From positions 32,001 through 96,000 of the IMG/VR virus record IMGVR_UViG_3300032116_000031: 64,000 nucleotides of DNA. One strand, written 5' to 3'. Source of the DNA: a virus. This document shows positions 58,899 to 64,000 of the stretch, piece by piece; position 1 is the stretch's first letter, and each line of letters starts with the position of its first letter. The position numbers and the translations under genes are program-made. The notes beneath the pieces are model-generated. The model made no database searches. It saw nothing but the letters and a program-made list of their open reading frames with translations, and was not told where the DNA came from.

Positions 58899-61800
58899 TT
58901 AATCTATTTGACCATTGTTTGAAGTTAAGGCTGAAACTACCTTTTTTTGCACTATATTATTAAATGTTTTTAATTGTTCAGTGTCAGTTATTTTTTCTCT
59001 ATCTATTTCTGCATCATTTTTTACAGGCATTCTATCAATCACTTTATACCTTGACGTATCTTCACCTTTTTCTGATTTAGACTCCACATATTCTATAGTT
59101 GAAGATCTGGGATCAAACATATTCATTGAAGAGTAGAAGTTAAAGGATAGAGCATTTTGTAACCTATTAATTGGACCTTGTAAAGATTGCCCGCCTATGA
59201 AAACGATATTTAAAGTTATTTTTGCTATCATAGGTGCAACAAAACCTTCTGGGTTTAAATCCCATTTGATACCATCATTTCCTTCAAATTGTATATCCAT
59301 ACTGTTGATTAATATTTTACTATAGTAAAAATCGCCAATTTTTAATATGCAGACAGGTGGACGGCCAAATGCTAAATTTGTAATATTATCTACCCCGTCA
59401 ACACCTATGTTCCTTGATTGCCTAGTACATTGATGTAAGAAATTCAATCTACTATTAAAGCCTTCAGGTGTCATTGAATGGAAAGCTGGATGGAAATATT
59501 TAATTTTCTCTGAAATAGTTTTCAGATGTTGTGGTTCATATGTTTCCAGATATTCAAAAACATCACATTCCCTAATATCAGCTAACATATCCATTAAATC
59601 AGAGTTTTCATCTTCGATGACAATTGGCTCTGAATCTACTAAATCATTATCTTGATCTAAATTATCATCATCAATAATATCATCGACAGTTTTATCTTCT
59701 TCCACTTCTACGGGCTTTTCTTCATTACCATAACTAATTACTATTTCAGCTCTCCTAGCTTCAACTGCTGCTTTATTCCCCCTTGGTACATTATCACCAG
59801 TATTAGGAGAATCTTTGTCAGATACGGCTAATGGTTCATTAATAATAATAAAAGAAGCTAAATCCCCTAAATCATTATTTTCTTTATATTCATTTAATTT
59901 TTTTAGAAACCATAACCTAGCGTTTGCAGCTCTATCGTAAGACAATTTGTAATTAGTGGTGTCTAATGGTAGAGCTTGACTAGCTGAACCAAAAAAATCA
60001 ACATAAATATATGTATTCTCTAATATTCTTGCAGTATCAAAAACATCTTTGAATTTATCATTTATATATTGATCATTAAAAAAATCATCATTTAAAAAAT
60101 AATTTGTTCTATTGTCATATGCTAAACCTGTTGTTTTATCTCTTTTAACATCTTTATAATAAGTATAATCTAAACCAGCAAGTTGATATTTAGATTGATA
60201 CCCTGCATTTTCTCTTAAATCTCCATTTCTAGGAGGAATGTTAGAAACATTATTTGGAAAATAAATGTTAATAAATGTTAATACAACACTACTCCCCTTT
60301 TTTATAATAGCTTCTTCAACTTTTGCTTCCTCTTTTTGTTTCTCTTCTTTTACTTCTTCAGTTGTTATTTTTACTTTTGGTTTAGTAGTTTTCTTTCTAT
60401 TTTCATCTAATATATCAATATTGCTTTTTTTTCTTTTTAATCTTGAAATTTCATCAATAACTGATTTATCACCTTTGAAATATCTTTCCCATATTTCATT
60501 TCTTTCGCCTCTTAGTTTGTTAACTACTGCTGGATAGTCTACAATCATAGTAAAACTTAAAGAACCACTTCTATCTGTATTATTATAAGAATAAACATTT
60601 TCACCCCTCCCAATAAAGCTATGTGTTTCCCAATTAACTGAAACTGATTCACTGAAAGTTAAATCGTAAGGTGGAAACCACATCACTCTTCCTTTATGCC
60701 CTGATAATAAATCACCCGTACCTTTCTCACAGTCTTCCAACCCATTTGTAAAACCTTCCCAAGCAAGATTCTCAATAGAGAACATATAATTTTTTAAGTT
60801 TGCACCAGTGGAAGAACGATAAGTAGGAGCAAAGTTTAATAAACCGTTATCACCTAAAACACTTAATTTAGAGTTTTCTCTAAATAATCCCCTGCTAGAT
60901 ATAGCTCTATTTAATTTAGTATGTTTTCTTTCCTTAGTAAAAACCCTAAAAAAATCACCTTTTGAAACAATATAAGCCTCGTTTGCAGGACCTTCATCTA
61001 CAAACCAACCTGCTTTTGCTGTGACAGCATCACCTCTTGAAATTTTAACTTGCTTCCCGTTTTGAATAATATCAAAATCTTTTTCAACAGATGAAATAAA
61101 CGGCCCAACTTTATTGTTCCTTGTTGAATTAACTATTTCCTTTGTTTTGAATAATAGAGATTTACTGTTGAATTTATTTTCAGTTGTTGCATCCCAAACA
61201 GCTGCAATATTATTTTTATTAAATGGCGCATTTTTAGTTTCATCTTCATTGTAGAAAAAATCTTCAGATGAACTAATTAGATTAGGTACAGTTTCATTTT
61301 TTATAATAGAATTAACGCCGTATATAGGATCATAAACTGTTTCCTTATACTTAAATCTTTTTATTTGTGTACCTAATTTATCGGTGACAAATTCAAAATC
61401 TTCAAGGACAACTGTTTCAGCGTTGAAATCACTTAAATTAGTAAAAGGCTCTGGCGCATCAGAACCAATATAAACGTATTGGTTATCTTTTACAATAAAT
61501 TCACCTTTTTCGTTCTGTAAAGTAGGAGTATACCCGTTCTCATTTTCAAGTGTTCTTAAATGAGTGTACAAGGCTTCTTTTTGCCCTGCACCTGTGTATT
61601 CCAATAATATTTTAGTTTGCTCTGATTGCGAGAATTGAGATTTTCTATTAATATTAAAAGCATCGTCAGGTAAAAAACTAAATGGAACATAAGATCCAGT
61701 TAATTTTTCTAAGAATAAACCTACTTTTCCAATAGCACTTTTAGGAACTGTAATATCATACGGTAATCTTAATGGATTACCATCCTGTAACAACCTAAAT

Positions 61801-62405
61801 GGGCTAGTCTGTAAATATTCGCTAGCTATTTGACCAGCGTTATTACTTAAATTTCTTCTAAAATGGTCACTCAATGCCTCTGAACCTATAAGACCTAACT
61901 TGGTATCAGTAGTCTTCAATCCGTTGAATATAGACAAAGTATCAAATATTGTAGAAGTAGATTGAACCCTTCTGATATACTCTAAATAATCAGTTTCTTG
62001 TTCTTCAAATGGTGGGCAAGGTTCTAATCCTATAAATTGATATTCAGGATTAGCGTATAAATTACAAGGGATAATATCTCTATAAAAACCTTCAGAAACA
62101 TCAGATATTGAAGGCATATCTATAACGGATATATCTCCAAAATCAACGCTCCTAACTTCAAATATATCAGGTCTAGTTAAGTTTAAATCATATAAATCAT
62201 CTAAATAATTAGCACCTATTTCCAAAGGATCAGGAGAATAGTTTAAGGGGTTTCCATTAAAAGGAATACGTGCTTCTTCAAAGAAACCATCAAGATCATA
62301 TTGTGTATCAATATTCTTTTTTGCTTCTGAAGTAGGATATAATATTTTGCTTTTATCTTCTTCCCTCTTATTTGTAGCTATTAAATCTAACAGAGTTTTG
62401 CACAT
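58899..62405 (-). CDS. Baseplate/tail-tube-initiator-like protein with inserted OmpA-like domain
   Basis: 1168 aa; W....FIGR.E.VY.Y....R..S and PP.C.L.IGD motifs flank IYFPN...GSAS...NYKLS..RA...RRAEI. Confidence 0.6.
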   Translation of the reverse strand: MCKTLLDLIATNKREEDKSKILYPTSEAKKNIDTQYDLDGFFEEARIPFNGNPLNYSPDPLEIGANYLDDLYDLNLTRPDIFEVRSVDFGDISVIDMPSISDVSEGFYRDIIPCNLYANPEYQFIGLEPCPPFEEQETDYLEYIRRVQSTSTIFDTLSIFNGLKTTDTKLGLIGSEALSDHFRRNLSNNAGQIASEYLQTSPFRLLQDGNPLRLPYDITVPKSAIGKVGLFLEKLTGSYVPFSFLPDDAFNINRKSQFSQSEQTKILLEYTGAGQKEALYTHLRTLENENGYTPTLQNEKGEFIVKDNQYVYIGSDAPEPFTNLSDFNAETVVLEDFEFVTDKLGTQIKRFKYKETVYDPIYGVNSIIKNETVPNLISSSEDFFYNEDETKNAPFNKNNIAAVWDATTENKFNSKSLLFKTKEIVNSTRNNKVGPFISSVEKDFDIIQNGKQVKISRGDAVTAKAGWFVDEGPANEAYIVSKGDFFRVFTKERKHTKLNRAISSRGLFRENSKLSVLGDNGLLNFAPTYRSSTGANLKNYMFSIENLAWEGFTNGLEDCEKGTGDLLSGHKGRVMWFPPYDLTFSESVSVNWETHSFIGRGENVYSYNNTDRSGSLSFTMIVDYPAVVNKLRGERNEIWERYFKGDKSVIDEISRLKRKKSNIDILDENRKKTTKPKVKITTEEVKEEKQKEEAKVEEAIIKKGSSVVLTFINIYFPNNVSNIPPRNGDLRENAGYQSKYQLAGLDYTYYKDVKRDKTTGLAYDNRTNYFLNDDFFNDQYINDKFKDVFDTARILENTYIYVDFFGSASQALPLDTTNYKLSYDRAANARLWFLKKLNEYKENNDLGDLASFIIINEPLAVSDKDSPNTGDNVPRGNKAAVEARRAEIVISYGNEEKPVEVEEDKTVDDIIDDDNLDQDNDLVDSEPIVIEDENSDLMDMLADIRECDVFEYLETYEPQHLKTISEKIKYFHPAFHSMTPEGFNSRLNFLHQCTRQSRNIGVDGVDNITNLAFGRPPVCILKIGDFYYSKILINSMDIQFEGNDGIKWDLNPEGFVAPMIAKITLNIVFIGGQSLQGPINRLQNALSFNFYSSMNMFDPRSSTIEYVESKSEKGEDTSRYKVIDRMPVKNDAEIDREKITDTEQLKTFNNIVQKKVVSALTSNNGQID

Positions 62406-62461
62406 ATTCTCTTTATTTCTTATTGTAATAAATAGAATAAGATAAAATTTACCTACTCTAT

Positions 62462-64000
62462 TTAAAATGGACCTGTGTTTCTACCGCCATTTGAATTAGT
62501 ACCTTTAAATAAATTTTCTATGTCTTGTTTAAATTTATTATCTTTTGATAAATCTACTTTTGTTGAAGGCTTACCATTAACATTAACATCAATTACAAAT
62601 GGTGCACCTGTTGAGGATACCTGAATCTGACCATTAGTTGTATTTGTTGTTGTATAATTTCCACCTGTTTGTTGTTGGACGGCGTTTGCTGATTTAAGAG
62701 TATTATCTTGGGGTTTAAATGATGTGTCTTTATTTTTATCTTTATCTGTAGGTGGTGACATTATACCTAAACCTGTTAATGTAGCATAAGTTAAAGGATT
62801 AGTAAACAACAACCCTTTTTTAACAGTGTTAATAAAACCAGTACCCCAATCTTCATCTCTAACAAATTTACCCGCACTTTCAGCTGCCCCTTGCTTTGCT
62901 TTATTTACAGTGTCAATTCCTTTATATAACTTACTATCAGGATCCCTTAACATTTGATTAAAATAAAATACGCCGTCTTTTGCATTTTTAGTTTCAATCG
63001 CTAAGGTTTCTAAATTATTAGAAGATTCTATTACTTTTTCTGCAAAATGTTGTAATTTTTCCACCATAGTTTGATTAGCTGTCGCTAAACTATCAAAACT
63101 ACTTTTTCCTTCTTCTGATGTTACTGTACTTAATCTTAAAATTTCTTGTTCAGTTAAATCTCTAACTGCTTTCGTTTGACCATCTACTTTAACAGTAGCA
63201 ACTCCTTGCTCAAAACTAGCCATTCCAGCTATTTTAGTTGCATATTCTCTTAAATTGGGTGATAACGTTCTTTCAATAATATCTTCTTTTTTCCCTAATT
63301 TAGCTTGTTGAGCTAATTCTTCCACCGATTGACCCGTTATTTTTGATAAATCTCTTAATGTACGATTTTCCATAGATGAAAGGTCAATCATACCTGTTTG
63401 CTTATTTAAAGCACCCATCCCTTTTGTAACTTCTGATAACTTTTCAGTGAAAGCCTCTAAATCGTTATTAGCGTCATATAATAAACTAAATGGATCACCC
63501 AACTTAGCAAATTCCCCACCTAACATTTGTAAACTTGCCGCAGCCTCTATCGCTCCTTCAGGGTCATAAACTTGGTCAGCAAAATTAGATATAGATTCCA
63601 TTTTCATACCTAATGCGTTAGCCTTTTTAACCATTTCACCTAATCCAGCTACACCATTCTTAAAATTAAATTTATCTATTAATCTAATATTGCTTTCAAT
63701 ATCATCAAATACTTTTTTAGTATTTAAACCTAACTTATTAACCTTTTTGTTTGTCTCATCTAAAAAATCAAAAGTATTTTCAATTGATGCACCGTATAAT
63801 TTAGTTAACCCGAATAATTCATTATAATTTTTACCTAATGTGTTAGAAATTTTAGTCATATCTGTCAATTCATCACCAGATAACATTATATTTCTACCGT
63901 AATTTTCAGTAAAAGTTTTATATGTTTCAGTTAATTCTTTTTGACCAAAACCTAAATCTTTTGTTTTACCACCCGCTATTAAGATATTTTCTTTGATTTG
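62462..64000 (-). CDS. Tape-measure-like protein, 5' end outside the window
   Basis: The frame stays open from 63886 to the window end; helical Ala/Gly-rich sequence (PEGAIEAAASLQMLGG); upstream of hub and LysM genes. Confidence 0.7.
   Translation of the reverse strand, partial: QIKENILIAGGKTKDLGFGQKELTETYKTFTENYGRNIMLSGDELTDMTKISNTLGKNYNELFGLTKLYGASIENTFDFLDETNKKVNKLGLNTKKVFDDIESNIRLIDKFNFKNGVAGLGEMVKKANALGMKMESISNFADQVYDPEGAIEAAASLQMLGGEFAKLGDPFSLLYDANNDLEAFTEKLSEVTKGMGALNKQTGMIDLSSMENRTLRDLSKITGQSVEELAQQAKLGKKEDIIERTLSPNLREYATKIAGMASFEQGVATVKVDGQTKAVRDLTEQEILRLSTVTSEEGKSSFDSLATANQTMVEKLQHFAEKVIESSNNLETLAIETKNAKDGVFYFNQMLRDPDSKLYKGIDTVNKAKQGAAESAGKFVRDEDWGTGFINTVKKGLLFTNPLTYATLTGLGIMSPPTDKDKNKDTSFKPQDNTLKSANAVQQQTGGNYTTTNTTNGQIQVSSTGAPFVIDVNVNGKPSTKVDLSKDNKFKQDIENLFKGTNSNGGRNTGPF

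Larger units (their letters stand above)
521..62684. repeat. Dispersed intragenic motif KTGGACGGCGWW (at least 26 exact TGGACGGCG copies)
   Basis: Plus strand 9-mer starts: 521, 6243, 7263, 9721, 13646, 20955, 21746, 29697, 32957, 32990, 38396, 42757, 48836, 57366, 62676. Minus strand (CGCCGTCCA): 1577, 6369, 8817, 14241, 16884, 24065, 28570, 34980, 38978, 45096, 48404. Confidence 0.93.

Noticed and set aside
4514-60537. Many short antisense ORFs in the track (e.g. 4514-4843, 12273-12572, 17592-17894, 31295-31531, 60265-60537)
   Set aside because: They are shadow frames fully inside longer genes on the opposite strand, with Ser/Leu/Phe-rich composition and no start signals.
521-62684. Motif as a Neisseria DNA uptake sequence or as a protein-level repeat
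   Set aside because: It shares only GCCGTC with GCCGTCTGAA and is never paired in terminators, and host signals are Bacteroidota. Its use in several frames and both strands excludes a peptide motif.
1-64000. Stop-codon reassignment as in some Bacteroidota phages
   Set aside because: Standard-code ORFs are long, abut each other and cover nearly the whole window; TAA, TAG and TGA all occur as gene ends.
1-64000. tRNA, rRNA, integrase or diversity-generating retroelement
   Set aside because: No cloverleaf-like GC-rich intergenic segments, no recombinase or reverse transcriptase motifs, and no TR/VR pair seen by eye; a tRNAscan/Infernal run would be needed to exclude small RNAs.

Overview
A 64-kb, very AT-rich (about 28-30% GC by eye), gene-dense segment of a large lytic myovirus-type (T4-like baseplate) phage. 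The host is most likely Bacteroidota, because TAnnTTTG/TTTG sigma-A promoters are present and Shine-Dalgarno motifs are not. It contains baseplate, tail and tape-measure genes (about 1-19 kb, 32.7-34.7 kb, 40.7-41.1 kb, 53-64 kb), a gp55-like late sigma factor, four glycosyltransferases, dUTPase, a large family-B DNA polymerase, lysis genes, ribonucleotide reductase, DnaB, a 5'-3' exonuclease, RecA/UvsX and a probable SSB. Three things stand out. (1) A GC-rich non-palindromic motif, KTGGACGGCGWW, occurs at least 26 times inside coding sequence, on both strands and in several reading frames, which points to an unexplained DNA-level signal. (2) nrdA is fractured into two genes by an atypically split intein (46-aa IntN, 139-aa IntC, Thr+1), with a GIY-YIG endonuclease gene between the halves. 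(3) A dispersed 54-100 bp intergenic element with 13-bp inverted repeats is present in three copies. No tRNA, rRNA or CRISPR array was seen. All calls come from reading the sequence and ORF translations by eye; no database search was run.
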